Shown here: piece by piece, positions 45,578-53,961 of the stretch
Layout: the number at the start of each line of letters is the position of its first letter
Position numbering within the stretch: the stretch's first letter is position 1
Virus record (IMG/VR): IMGVR_UViG_3300037781_000079
Location: 6,489-70,488 of that record
Length of the DNA: 64,000 nucleotides
Strand: one strand, 5' to 3'
Origin: a virus
Taxonomy: Duplodnaviria; Caudoviricetes
Position numbers and translations under genes: made by a program
Notes under the pieces: model-generated
What the model saw: only the letters and a program-made list of their open reading frames with translations
What the model was told of the DNA's origin: nothing
Databases searched by the model: none

Positions 45578-46566
45578 TATCGTACAATTACGGCTACAAT
45601 CTTGCCTTCTTCGATGTCCGGCATGATTCTATCGTAGAAAATCTTCATTGCTTTGACGCTATCAACAACAATCTTGCCCTCACTCGTGTCTTGAGTGCCA
45701 AGACCTGTAAGCGGGCAGCCGAGAGAATCCTCTGGTTTGTTGCCGGCGTGGTAATAAATCGATGAGTAGAACGGGACGTTCGCGATGTGTATGAAGTTCT
45801 TGAACCAATCCTGAAGTGCGCTTTTTGATCTCCACCTTTTTGTCATAGGTGTAACACCTTGCTTCCTTAGAGGGTAGACACCTTTCGGAATCGCGCTCTC
45901 ACCGAACTCTTTGTTGTCAGAATTGAAATCCTGGTTCTCATCGACATGATAGATCTCTTTGTCCTCGAGTGTAAACAACCATGGGTTTTTCTGCTGACTT
46001 CCAGAGATAGATACTCTGCTTATACACCTGTCGTTCATCTTGATGAACCGTTCATGAATAACAAGGGTGTCAGCTACTGCTGCGATCTCTTCTTCGCTAC
46101 ATCCGCTCAAAAACCGGTTTCTTTCGACTTTCTCCTTGTCATCCTCGGTGTACGTGGTTAAAAACCTTTTGATGGTTTCTTGCCTTGTTTCTGATTGTTT
46201 TGATGGCTTTTCAGCTTCAACTTTCTCTTCACCGATAATAGAATCGGCCTTTGCTTTTGCGAAAATCTTTTGGTCTGGTGAGAATTTACGGCCAACCATC
46301 ATGGCCCCACCGCCGCCTCCTCCGTATAAAAAGTAGTTCGCCCATTCCCTTATGACGCCAAAGTCAAGGGTAGCAAAGAACACACCGATGAACACAAGTG
46401 TCATCGTTATGAGAGAAATGATGATGAACCGGTTGGTCCGGCTTCCCTCGTGAAGGGTAAAAAAGAAAGAGCTCTTTTTTGTGGAGAGGACCGATTTAAC
46501 CGCGAGGTACCACAACCCAGAAACAATCAATGCCACGACAATGTATCTCAACACTTCACTCATCAC
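45577..46566 (-). CDS. putative endolysin: 2 N-terminal TM helices fused to DUF5675 (L,D-transpeptidase-like) domain
   Basis: LFTLED...SAIPKGVYPL...IYYHAGNKPEDSLGCPLTG. Confidence 0.65.
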   Translation of the reverse strand: MMSEVLRYIVVALIVSGLWYLAVKSVLSTKKSSFFFTLHEGSRTNRFIIISLITMTLVFIGVFFATLDFGVIREWANYFLYGGGGGGAMMVGRKFSPDQKIFAKAKADSIIGEEKVEAEKPSKQSETRQETIKRFLTTYTEDDKEKVERNRFLSGCSEEEIAAVADTLVIHERFIKMNDRCISRVSISGSQQKNPWLFTLEDKEIYHVDENQDFNSDNKEFGESAIPKGVYPLRKQGVTPMTKRWRSKSALQDWFKNFIHIANVPFYSSIYYHAGNKPEDSLGCPLTGLGTQDTSEGKIVVDSVKAMKIFYDRIMPDIEEGKIVAVIVR

Positions 46567-46781
46567 CCAATCGATTTATCAGCGTCACACTTATCTCTAA
46601 GCTCTAAGAACTTATCGAATGCTTCTTCTGCTTGATCGTCAGTAAACAAGTGTGTCTTCTCGCCTTGGTAAGATCCAGAGTAAGGGTCTGACGGTTTCTC
46701 CTCGTAAAGGTCGTAAGTGATAATGAACCCGTTTTCAGCGGGAGTCATTCTAAGGTGTCGATACTTCTTTTTCGTTGCCAT
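46563..46781 (-). CDS. hypothetical protein (start MATKKK)
   Basis: ORF coupled to lysin gene. Confidence 0.65.
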   Translation of the reverse strand: MATKKKYRHLRMTPAENGFIITYDLYEEKPSDPYSGSYQGEKTHLFTDDQAEEAFDKFLELRDKCDADKSIG

Positions 46782-47011
46782 TTTGACTTGCATTTGATCT
46801 GCAATTTAGGCAAAGCCATTGAAAGTCTTTGGAGTAGGATGAAGCTATTGTCGGATCCATCAAGAGATCTTCTGACCATAGATACGCTCATGTGGCACAA
46901 TTCAGAAAGATCCTTTTCATTCAAAGAGTAGTCAGAGCTAATCCTCCGGCAGATGATAGCCACGTCGTCTTGGTTGTAGTCGAAAACGTAGGATACTTCT
47001 TCTCCGTTCAT
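46745..47011 (-). CDS. small HTH-like protein (start MNGEEV)
   Basis: LNEKDLSELCHMSVSMVRRSLDG resembles HTH; ATGA coupling. Confidence 0.5.
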   Translation of the reverse strand: MNGEEVSYVFDYNQDDVAIICRRISSDYSLNEKDLSELCHMSVSMVRRSLDGSDNSFILLQRLSMALPKLQIKCKSKWQRKRSIDTLE

Positions 47012-47649
47012 TTCAAGAGACATGAGATTTCACAGTTCTCAATCCTGCAAGGGTTTTTCTCGATCACCCTTATTTCATTCCTGATTTCTCCAATCCTTGA
47101 CGTGTAGTAGTTCCTCTTGTCACCATCTGCGGCCTCTTGGAATATCATCAGGTTTTCCAATTTCTTTGCGACTCTACGGAGCCTTCTTTCTTTACAACCA
47201 ACCGGCCTGTCATCTGTACTCGGCCAATCAAATCGAACCGATTCAACATCATGCCAAACCATCATAAAGACAGTTCCTGGTGATATGGTCAAAGAGTGGG
47301 CTTTACTCTCTTCTATAGTGTGGTAATCTGATGGCTTGTCAAGAATCACCGTTTCTTCAGCCGTGTTGATCATCATCCTTCCTTTCACCAGGACAATCAT
47401 CTCTTTGGTATCGTGTATGTGCGCCGGGAATATCCCTCCTTCGTGAGACTTGTATATGCAAGCTACAGCATTCCCTTTCCCTTCAATTTGAGATGATTGA
47501 ACTTGGTCAAGCTCTCCTTTCCAGAATGCTGACCATTCCTCCGGGAACGTCCTTATGGAGGCGCTTTCAGGGCTTCCTTTCAGGAATAGGTAATTACTGA
47601 ATCCTCTTTTTGCTACCCTGTACTGATTTTCAAGCTCTTGGTCTACCAT
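47008..47649 (-). CDS. cupin-domain protein
   Basis: GGIFPAHIHDTKEMIVLVKGRMMI...TIEESKAHS cupin motifs. Confidence 0.7.
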   Translation of the reverse strand: MVDQELENQYRVAKRGFSNYLFLKGSPESASIRTFPEEWSAFWKGELDQVQSSQIEGKGNAVACIYKSHEGGIFPAHIHDTKEMIVLVKGRMMINTAEETVILDKPSDYHTIEESKAHSLTISPGTVFMMVWHDVESVRFDWPSTDDRPVGCKERRLRRVAKKLENLMIFQEAADGDKRNYYTSRIGEIRNEIRVIEKNPCRIENCEISCLLK

Positions 47650-47700
47650 TCAGATTGTTGATAATTCTTAACCTTTCAGGTCGTTGATAATTCTTAACCT
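47649..47700. repeat. 26-bp imperfect tandem duplication
   Basis: TTCAGATTGTTGATAATTCTTAACCT / TTCAGGTCGTTGATAATTCTTAACCT, 2 mismatches. Confidence 0.9.
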
Positions 47701-48024
47701 GGTGTTCTCTAACTCCTTGGTTATAGCCTTGATAGTTGCCGCACTATCGCCCTTCATCGCTTCTATGACGGCTTGATTTTTTTCGTTTACAAGCTCTGGC
47801 ATCCGGGAGTAGATTTTTATCTGTTCCCTCATCAAGGCTTCATACTTCGTTTGAAGCTCTTCGTTTGCAAGGTCTTTCTTTTCAATCTCTTTCTGTTTTG
47901 CCTTCACCTCTCTGCTGAAGAACCTGTACATAAGATACGAAACGAGGATGAGTATGAAAAGCGCGATGCTTACATCAAGTGCTTTAAGCGCCCCCTCTAC
48001 AGCTATTTTCTCAAACAGTCCCAA
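47668..48024 (-). CDS. holin-like single-TM coiled-coil protein
   Basis: TM VSIALFILILVSYLMY followed by charged coiled coil; near lysis genes. Confidence 0.5.
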   Translation of the reverse strand: MGLFEKIAVEGALKALDVSIALFILILVSYLMYRFFSREVKAKQKEIEKKDLANEELQTKYEALMREQIKIYSRMPELVNEKNQAVIEAMKGDSAATIKAITKELENTRLRIINDLKG

Positions 48025-48055
48025 CGGGTGCTAATATCGCAAATCAGAACGAATA

Positions 48056-48406
48056 TCAAGACCTGATAAACCTCACAGCAGCTGTAATCATGATCGGGAA
48101 GATAAGGATGATACAACCGAGAACGACAAATAGTGAGACAAGTGCAAGGCCGAAGTCATTGCCTCTCATGTATTTCTCGGTGCTGTCTTTTTCAAACGCT
48201 TGCATGCAATGGTTTGGGCCATCTATCGGGTAGAAAGTGTTGTCTACCACGTGCATAAGGAAAGATGCAATCCACACGTTTCTTCGGTCATGCAGGTAGT
48301 ACAACCTTCCGGAAAGCGTAACGTCTTCGTTACCCCAAGACAGCGCATTGAATAGCTGATCAATAGCCACAAGTATCCTTCTCGCCTGTGTCGTTTTTTT
48401 CTCCAT
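48056..48406 (-). CDS. conserved phage membrane protein (VAIDQLFNAL...DVTLSGR family), start MEKKTT
   Basis: Recognisable motif plus C-terminal TM. Confidence 0.65.
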   Translation of the reverse strand: MEKKTTQARRILVAIDQLFNALSWGNEDVTLSGRLYYLHDRRNVWIASFLMHVVDNTFYPIDGPNHCMQAFEKDSTEKYMRGNDFGLALVSLFVVLGCIILIFPIMITAAVRFIRS

Positions 48407-48410
48407 GACC

Positions 48411-48442
48411 CAAATATAGCCACCGGCCATGAGACCGGTGGC
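48411..48442 (-). terminator. hairpin with T-rich tail
   Basis: GCCACCGG/CCGGTGGC followed by TATATTT on minus strand. Confidence 0.5.
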
Positions 48443-48449
48443 ATTGCAA

Positions 48450-48935
48450 TTAAAATTCGAACAGCTCGGTTATCACTCCGTCTTCAATCTCAAAGAGACC
48501 AAGAGACTTTGTGGATGAGATCTTGTTGAACCTCACCTTCATACCTTCTTTCGAGTAGAAGTTCTTCACCGTACCCTCGACGTTCTTGATTTCGTCTGTA
48601 ACAACGTAGTGTCGAGCCTTGTCAAAAGCAACACCGTTGTCGTAGATCATTTCAATATCCGTCTTGAATACTCGTTTCTGGCCATCTGCAGAGTCAATTA
48701 TCACATCTTTGTGGATATTGTCTCTGTAGATCTTATCGATAGTCGCCGGATGCTCAGTCGGATTCATCTCTTCGAAAATCGACAGCGATACCGACTCAGC
48801 TTCAGCGTAAGAGGTGCATAACACCGAGATCTCAGCTTTCATATTCTTCATGTTTCCGCTGTCGATATTCAGCTCTTTGATGACCCCTACACATCTATGC
48901 CAGGTTCTTTCTCCTTTTACCAGTTCGCTCATCAC
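48450..48935 (-). CDS. hypothetical protein (161 aa)
   Basis: ORF track, coupled. Confidence 0.7.
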   Translation of the reverse strand: MMSELVKGERTWHRCVGVIKELNIDSGNMKNMKAEISVLCTSYAEAESVSLSIFEEMNPTEHPATIDKIYRDNIHKDVIIDSADGQKRVFKTDIEMIYDNGVAFDKARHYVVTDEIKNVEGTVKNFYSKEGMKVRFNKISSTKSLGLFEIEDGVITELFEF

Positions 48936-49351
48936 ATCTTCATGTTGTCAGCGGTAGGCTCAATCTTATCGCTGTCTGGGTTTTTGCTTTCCGGATACGG
49001 GTTCTCCTCATTCAATCGCTTCAGGTCCATCCCAAGCCACATGATAGCCTCCTGCAGCTTAGTGATTGATAGACTTCTTTCTCGGCTTCCAGGTAGAGGT
49101 TTGAGTCTCTGAAGAATAGCATCCATGTCCTGACGGAGCTCTTTATTGGCTCTCACGTTGTTCAGGTTTCTCGGGACCTTGTGTGGGCTCGTGTACTTCG
49201 GAAGCATGTTCCTCCTCAGTAGTTCGTAATTGTTTCTGGCCGCTTGTTCTGAAGAAAAACCTTCAGAGCTCGATCCAACGATTTCATTGTTCTCAGCCGT
49301 GACCTTCCATCGCCAGTCAGCAGAGCTGTCTTGGTAGAATTCTGTTTCCAT
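48932..49351 (-). CDS. DUF1508 (YegP-like) domain fused to Acb2/Tad1-like helical hairpin
   Basis: FYQDSSADWRWKVTAENNEIVGSSSEGF + GSRERSLSITKLQEAIMWLG. Confidence 0.6.
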   Translation of the reverse strand: METEFYQDSSADWRWKVTAENNEIVGSSSEGFSSEQAARNNYELLRRNMLPKYTSPHKVPRNLNNVRANKELRQDMDAILQRLKPLPGSRERSLSITKLQEAIMWLGMDLKRLNEENPYPESKNPDSDKIEPTADNMKM

Positions 49352-49371
49352 TTGGATTATTGATTTGATTT

Positions 49372-49737
49372 CTATTTTGGTTCATACCTACGCGTTATCT
49401 TCTCTTCAAGTTGAGCGATTTTTTTCTTTAACTTCTCCTCTTGCTGAATCATATACAGATACCTTTGCTTAAAGTGTTTGTATCCTCTCGAATGTTTTGC
49501 TATCTCCTCCTCACTCAACCAATCGTCGCCGATTTTGTACTCGATGGTGGTGGTGTCGACCTTGTATGCGGGGGATTCGATATGCCAATGCTTACCCCAT
49601 TTAACATCAGTTGTTCCAATGTATTCTCGATTGACCTGAACGACGATTATAGGGTCTCCGTTATTCCACAGAAGGTCGCCTTCTACTTTTGTTTCTGTTC
49701 CGCGTTTATTCGCTCGTGCTTTCATTATACTTGTCAT
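49372..49737 (-). CDS. hypothetical protein (121 aa)
   Basis: ORF track. Confidence 0.65.
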   Translation of the reverse strand: MTSIMKARANKRGTETKVEGDLLWNNGDPIIVVQVNREYIGTTDVKWGKHWHIESPAYKVDTTTIEYKIGDDWLSEEEIAKHSRGYKHFKQRYLYMIQQEEKLKKKIAQLEEKITRRYEPK

Positions 49738-49778
49738 TTACCCCCGAATCAGCGGGGTTTGGTTTATTTAGTGGTCAT

Positions 49779-50030
49779 TTAATCTCCTCCGTCTCCTCCG
49801 TCGCAGTATATTGTAGCCGTGTGACTCCCATCAATGTTGTTATCGTGCCAGTTGCCGTTTATTCTGATGCTTATAGTGCCGTTAGCCATCAACCTCAGTC
49901 TACCGCTATCCATTTTACCAAGACGCTCTAAAGCTCTTAGGTACCTTTCCTCTGTCTCAGACAGGTTATACTGTTCGCCCCTTTGATTTATTACAGTTCT
50001 GCAATTCATGCTCATGTCTTTTAAGATCAA
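49779..50030 (-). CDS. hypothetical protein (83 aa)
   Basis: ORF track, ATGA coupling. Confidence 0.65.
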   Translation of the reverse strand: MILKDMSMNCRTVINQRGEQYNLSETEERYLRALERLGKMDSGRLRLMANGTISIRINGNWHDNNIDGSHTATIYCDGGDGGD

Positions 50031-50617
50031 TACCTCCGCCCCGCAGCGTCAAACTTCATTTGCAAGACTTGGTTTGCTTTGATCAATTCGTGAACTCCGA
50101 GGTCTGTAAAGAACTTTCCGTAGACGCACAAAGTTGAGCACCCATAGCTGAAACCAAAGCCGTCGATCTGAATGATGTAGTTGTCCGGCTCAAGATATAC
50201 GTCCATGAAATACTCTTGGCTCTGACTGCCGGGATCACCGGAGCAAGGAGTGATAGCTATCGGACTCATCCATATCGCGCAGACATCGTTGTTGTAGATG
50301 GCCATCTGAACACCCCCGTCTATTCCTGGTGGAGCCGTTGGTGGTGCTTGGTAGTTGCTCATCAAGTGGAAGTAGTACACTCCTTCTTGCTCGACTTGAA
50401 GCTGAATGAAGTAGTCGTATTCTTGAGACCAACACAATCCCGGCTCACCGTCTTGTTCGTCTGTACAGTTCCACACCGGCCAATCACCGTTGCAGACTGT
50501 TTCCGCGCATACCACTTCGTTCGTCGCGGGGGCACTCAAGATTTGAGGATCATCGCAGTTGTCGCCAGGGCATTGAGCGAAGGTGTAGAACGGTATAAGT
50601 AGGAATAGGTATTTCAT
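50027..50617 (-). CDS. secreted Cys-rich host-like protein
   Basis: Signal peptide MKYLFLLIPFYTFA-Q, multiple Cys, C-terminus LGVHELIK...KFDAAGRRY. Confidence 0.65.
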   Translation of the reverse strand: MKYLFLLIPFYTFAQCPGDNCDDPQILSAPATNEVVCAETVCNGDWPVWNCTDEQDGEPGLCWSQEYDYFIQLQVEQEGVYYFHLMSNYQAPPTAPPGIDGGVQMAIYNNDVCAIWMSPIAITPCSGDPGSQSQEYFMDVYLEPDNYIIQIDGFGFSYGCSTLCVYGKFFTDLGVHELIKANQVLQMKFDAAGRRY

Positions 50618-50991
50618 AGGTCGTGAATGTTTCCGGTTATCTTAAAGTTTCTGATAACCTTGTCTATGTCATCACCAGACAAAACCTCTTCAACTTCATT
50701 GTGGTCGTAAACGCTAAGTATGTGGATTTCCCATCCCATTTTACCGAAAACCCAGCAACACCCGCCAGCATCGAAGTCTCCTTGAAAGATTTTCTTACCG
50801 GTTTTGTCGTTCCATCCGGTGTAAAGACCTACGGTGGAGGGGTCTACTTCAAATCCATTGATGCTGCTCGCCGTTGTTCCTTCGCCAATCACCGAAGATT
50901 TAACGCCTCTTACAGAGTGCTCCCAAAGCCAACCCTCAACCCATTCTCCGTTGTCCGTTCGCTTCCCGCGATACAATCCAATTTCGTTCAT
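50614..50991 (-). CDS. YopX-family protein (start MNEIGL)
   Basis: YRGKRTDNGEWVEG...VGLYTGWNDKTGKKIFQGD...ITGNIHD. Confidence 0.85.
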   Translation of the reverse strand: MNEIGLYRGKRTDNGEWVEGWLWEHSVRGVKSSVIGEGTTASSINGFEVDPSTVGLYTGWNDKTGKKIFQGDFDAGGCCWVFGKMGWEIHILSVYDHNEVEEVLSGDDIDKVIRNFKITGNIHDL

Positions 50992-51069
50992 GTCGTTATC
51001 GTTTGATTGACCCTCCAAAGAGGGGTGGTCTTTCCCTGCTGTTTGCATTAAACGACACTTAGCTGGGAT

Positions 51070-51318
51070 TTATGTGTCATTCAGAAGAGAATTAATTTCA
51101 TCTTCCGTTAAAATGATATCTGATAAATCATCAAACGAATTTGCCCAACTGTAGTGTGGATGTTCAGGGTTATTTCTCCAACCAATTACTACCTCATTAG
51201 TTTTTAAATTAAATTGAGTAAAGGCAGACCCAACAATTCCTTTATGATTTACAACCCTTGAGTTAATGAAATCTACTAACTCTTTTTTTGGTTTATTGAC
51301 TCTTATTAAAATCTTCAT
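51070..51318 (-). CDS. hypothetical protein in AT-rich patch (start uncertain)
   Basis: MKILIRVNK...; visibly AT-rich codons. Confidence 0.55.
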   Translation of the reverse strand: MKILIRVNKPKKELVDFINSRVVNHKGIVGSAFTQFNLKTNEVVIGWRNNPEHPHYSWANSFDDLSDIILTEDEINSLLNDT

Positions 51319-51696
51319 TATACAATCGTCCATTTGAACCGACGATCCGCCACGTCGGTATGTAAAAAGGGGCGCTGTGGTACGAAGCACATTAACAGGC
51401 GCTTACTTTTGCCCGTGCACAGGCGTCCTGAGACTATTTTACCCCTTAATTATATCATAAAAATAACCATCTGTCCACTCCAATTGTGGAATATTAAACT
51501 GTATATGTATAAGTTATGAGCTTACCAAATACATCCGCAATAATAGCAGCATGGGGATTTAATACATTCATCCAAACCTAAACACCTCTTGGATGATGTT
51601 GGTAAAATAGGATTGTTCATGGTGTCTTAGTGTTCCACGCCTTGTTTTTCAAAGGAGACCTATTCACTTGTTTGTAATGAATCAGATGGTTATTAG

Positions 51697-51770
51697 TGCG
51701 CCTTGTAGGGCTTGAACCTACGACCTACGGATTATGAGTCCGGTGCTCTAACCAACTGAGCTAAAGGCGC
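51697..51770 (-). tRNA. tRNA with CAT anticodon, probably tRNA-Ile2 (lysidine); CCA not encoded
   Basis: GCGCCTT/AAGGCGC acceptor, D-arm GCTCAGTTGGTTAGAGC, loop CTCATAA, T-loop TTCAAGC; C4-G69/C5-G68 TilS determinants present. Confidence 0.85.
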
Positions 51771-51775
51771 TGAAG

Positions 51776-51849
51776 AGGCCGAGACGGGAATCGAACCCGT
51801 AGCCTTCAGTTTAGGAAACTGATGCTCTATCCTGTTGAGCTACTCGGCC
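51776..51849 (-). tRNA. tRNA-Arg(CCT); CCA not encoded
   Basis: GGCCGAG/CTCGGCC acceptor, TCAGT-TTCCTAA-ACTGA anticodon arm, ACGGG-TTCGATT-CCCGT T-arm. Confidence 0.9.
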
Positions 51850-51909
51850 TTGTCGATAGGGGTTTGGACAGCTCTGCAGAAGCCAACTTCACTCCTCACC
51901 CCTATCTTA

Positions 51910-52353
51910 TTAAAACGGGAGATCATCAGGGTCCTCAACATTCAAATCAGGGCCTGATGGCGTACTGTTTTGTGGCTGAGGCTGCCTTTGTTGACCTCCA
52001 CCTTGGTTTTCACTGTCAGACCTTGAGGAAAGAACCTGAACAGATCCTCCGTATTCAACCTGAACGCTGAATGAGTATCTCTTGTTCCCGCTTTGGTCTT
52101 CATACGATCTTGTTCTCATCTTTCCTTCGACGTAGACAAGAGCTCCTTTTTTCAGGAAGTTATTAAGAGCAACGGCTTGCTTTTCATTCATGACACTTAC
52201 GTTGTGCCATTCGGTTTTCTCTTTCTTGTTGCCATCTCTGTCTTTCCACGACTCGGTTGTGGCTACCGTAAAGTTCAGGATTGCGTATCCGTCACCCTGG
52301 TTCAGCTCGGGGTCTTTCCCGAGGCGCCCCACTATGATTGCTTTGTTGATCAT
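51910..52353 (-). CDS. ssb: single-stranded DNA-binding protein
   Basis: INKAIIVGRLGKDPE...KTEWHNV...VYVEGKMRTRSYED...DDLPF. Confidence 0.95.
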   Translation of the reverse strand: MINKAIIVGRLGKDPELNQGDGYAILNFTVATTESWKDRDGNKKEKTEWHNVSVMNEKQAVALNNFLKKGALVYVEGKMRTRSYEDQSGNKRYSFSVQVEYGGSVQVLSSRSDSENQGGGQQRQPQPQNSTPSGPDLNVEDPDDLPF

Positions 52354-52700
52354 CTCAATTTTGAAAAATCGTCAATACTTGGTTCTTTCTCTTCGAGCTT
52401 GGTTTTCTTGCTCGGGGTGTGCTGTTTGATGACGTGCATACCAACGTCGTTCTTTCTTTTTTCGGCTTTGATTTCTTCCATCTTATCGATGTACTCCGGT
52501 ATAGACATCGCGTCTCCGGACATCATCAAAGTGTTCTCATTCTGATTGAGCCACAAGCTGATGACAAAAGGATTACCCTCTTTGTCTTTCATGATGCCAA
52601 CCATAAACGGAGCAGACGGGCTGTAAGAGATGTTCTTCATCAGAAACACCCTTCCGTTGTGCACCTTCTCAGAAATTTTCTCAATGCTTTCAATGTCCAT
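52350..52700 (-). CDS. hypothetical protein (116 aa)
   Basis: Coupled to ssb. Confidence 0.7.
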   Translation of the reverse strand: MDIESIEKISEKVHNGRVFLMKNISYSPSAPFMVGIMKDKEGNPFVISLWLNQNENTLMMSGDAMSIPEYIDKMEEIKAEKRKNDVGMHVIKQHTPSKKTKLEEKEPSIDDFSKLR

Positions 52701-53146
52701 CAGTAGTCGAGTTTTCCAACGCTAAACAAGGCGTCGCTTTTTCTTTTCATGTGCTTCACGAACATGAACAGATCGTCGTCATCTCTGATCCATATCGAGC
52801 AGTAAGACCTTTTCTCTCTTACCAATTTCATTTCAAGGAGCTTCCATCGCAAGCAAGTCGCGTCGTCAGACCTTCCTTTTGTGTCAACAAATAACTCCCT
52901 TCCGAGGAAGTCCTTGAAGTAGAAATCAGGGGTGACAGTTACTCGTCTGACTGCCTTCTCTCTATGCGGAACATGAAAGGTTTCAAACAGCTCGACTCTG
53001 TACTGAAACTCAAAGTCAAAACCGGCATCTTCAAAGGCTTTTTTAGCCCTTGCTTCGAACTTGCTGTCAATAACCTCTCCGTACTTGTCAGAGGTTTTGA
53101 CATTGTTGTGTTTTGACTTCTCTTTCTTTTTGCCACCCCAACCCAT
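52700..53146 (-). CDS. PD-(D/E)xK endonuclease, DUF1064-like
   Basis: IDSKFEAR...VTPDFYF...LFVDTKG. Confidence 0.75.
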   Translation of the reverse strand: MGWGGKKKEKSKHNNVKTSDKYGEVIDSKFEARAKKAFEDAGFDFEFQYRVELFETFHVPHREKAVRRVTVTPDFYFKDFLGRELFVDTKGRSDDATCLRWKLLEMKLVREKRSYCSIWIRDDDDLFMFVKHMKRKSDALFSVGKLDY

Positions 53147-53961
53147 TACGCTGTGAATTTGAATGCTTCAGACCTGATGAATTTCCTTTTTCCGAGGGTT
53201 TGATGATACGGTGTGTCGATGTCGTTTTCGATGCTCATCTCGCCAAGCACACTCAAACGGACCATTGAGGAGTTGTAGTACGTCTCTTTATTGTCGGTGA
53301 TCATCTCTGTCACCACAACGTCTGCGCCGATACACACTTCAGGAAGATTCACATCAGCCGGCTCATTTGGGTCAAAGCTGACCTTGATGCTGCTCTTGTT
53401 GTCTATCCACAGGTGCATGTTCTTCAGCAATACTGGTGAGCCCATGTTGTTCAACGGGTATCCGCTGACACCAATGGAGATTCTTTTCTTCCAACCTTTC
53501 GACTCCGGGTTAGACCCATCAACAACAGATTCGTCGATTACAAGGAAAGCCTTCTCAGAGGTTTGATTGATGCTGATCTTAGCCACCGGCTTTTCATACT
53601 CAATCACCTCTACAGACTCAAACTCGTATATGATTGACGCATTTAACTTGGCTTCTTCCGGGTTCATCCCTCCTGAAATCATAGCTGTCATCCTGCCTTC
53701 GTTGATCACCCATACCCTAAGATCACCTGTCTCAAGAAGTTCAAACTCGTATGGCCACCCGACTAAACCAGGTTTTTTGCAACGAAGAACATTGTCGTCC
53801 ATGCCGTTGTCATCGTCAACCTCAACCCTTTCAACAAGACTTGATAGATCTGTTTTTAAGGGTGTGCTGTAGGGCTTTCCATTTATGTGCCTCGTCATTG
53901 ATTCGCACTTGAAACCGTCTACGTCGAGACCGGTTATCTGCTCAAAGATTTCGATGTTCAT
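53146..53961 (-). CDS. hypothetical protein (271 aa)
   Basis: ORF track, coupled. Confidence 0.75.
   Translation of the reverse strand: MNIEIFEQITGLDVDGFKCESMTRHINGKPYSTPLKTDLSSLVERVEVDDDNGMDDNVLRCKKPGLVGWPYEFELLETGDLRVWVINEGRMTAMISGGMNPEEAKLNASIIYEFESVEVIEYEKPVAKISINQTSEKAFLVIDESVVDGSNPESKGWKKRISIGVSGYPLNNMGSPVLLKNMHLWIDNKSSIKVSFDPNEPADVNLPEVCIGADVVVTEMITDNKETYYNSSMVRLSVLGEMSIENDIDTPYHQTLGKRKFIRSEAFKFTA

Noticed and set aside
51325-51360. GGTTCAAAT as a third tRNA T-loop
   Set aside because: Flanks do not form a 5-bp T-stem or an acceptor stem
51776-51849. Possible suppressor tRNA (CTA) and stop-codon recoding, as in some crAss-like phages
   Set aside because: The anticodon loop reads TT-CCT-AA (Arg), and standard-code ORFs are long and uninterrupted, so there is no sign of recoding
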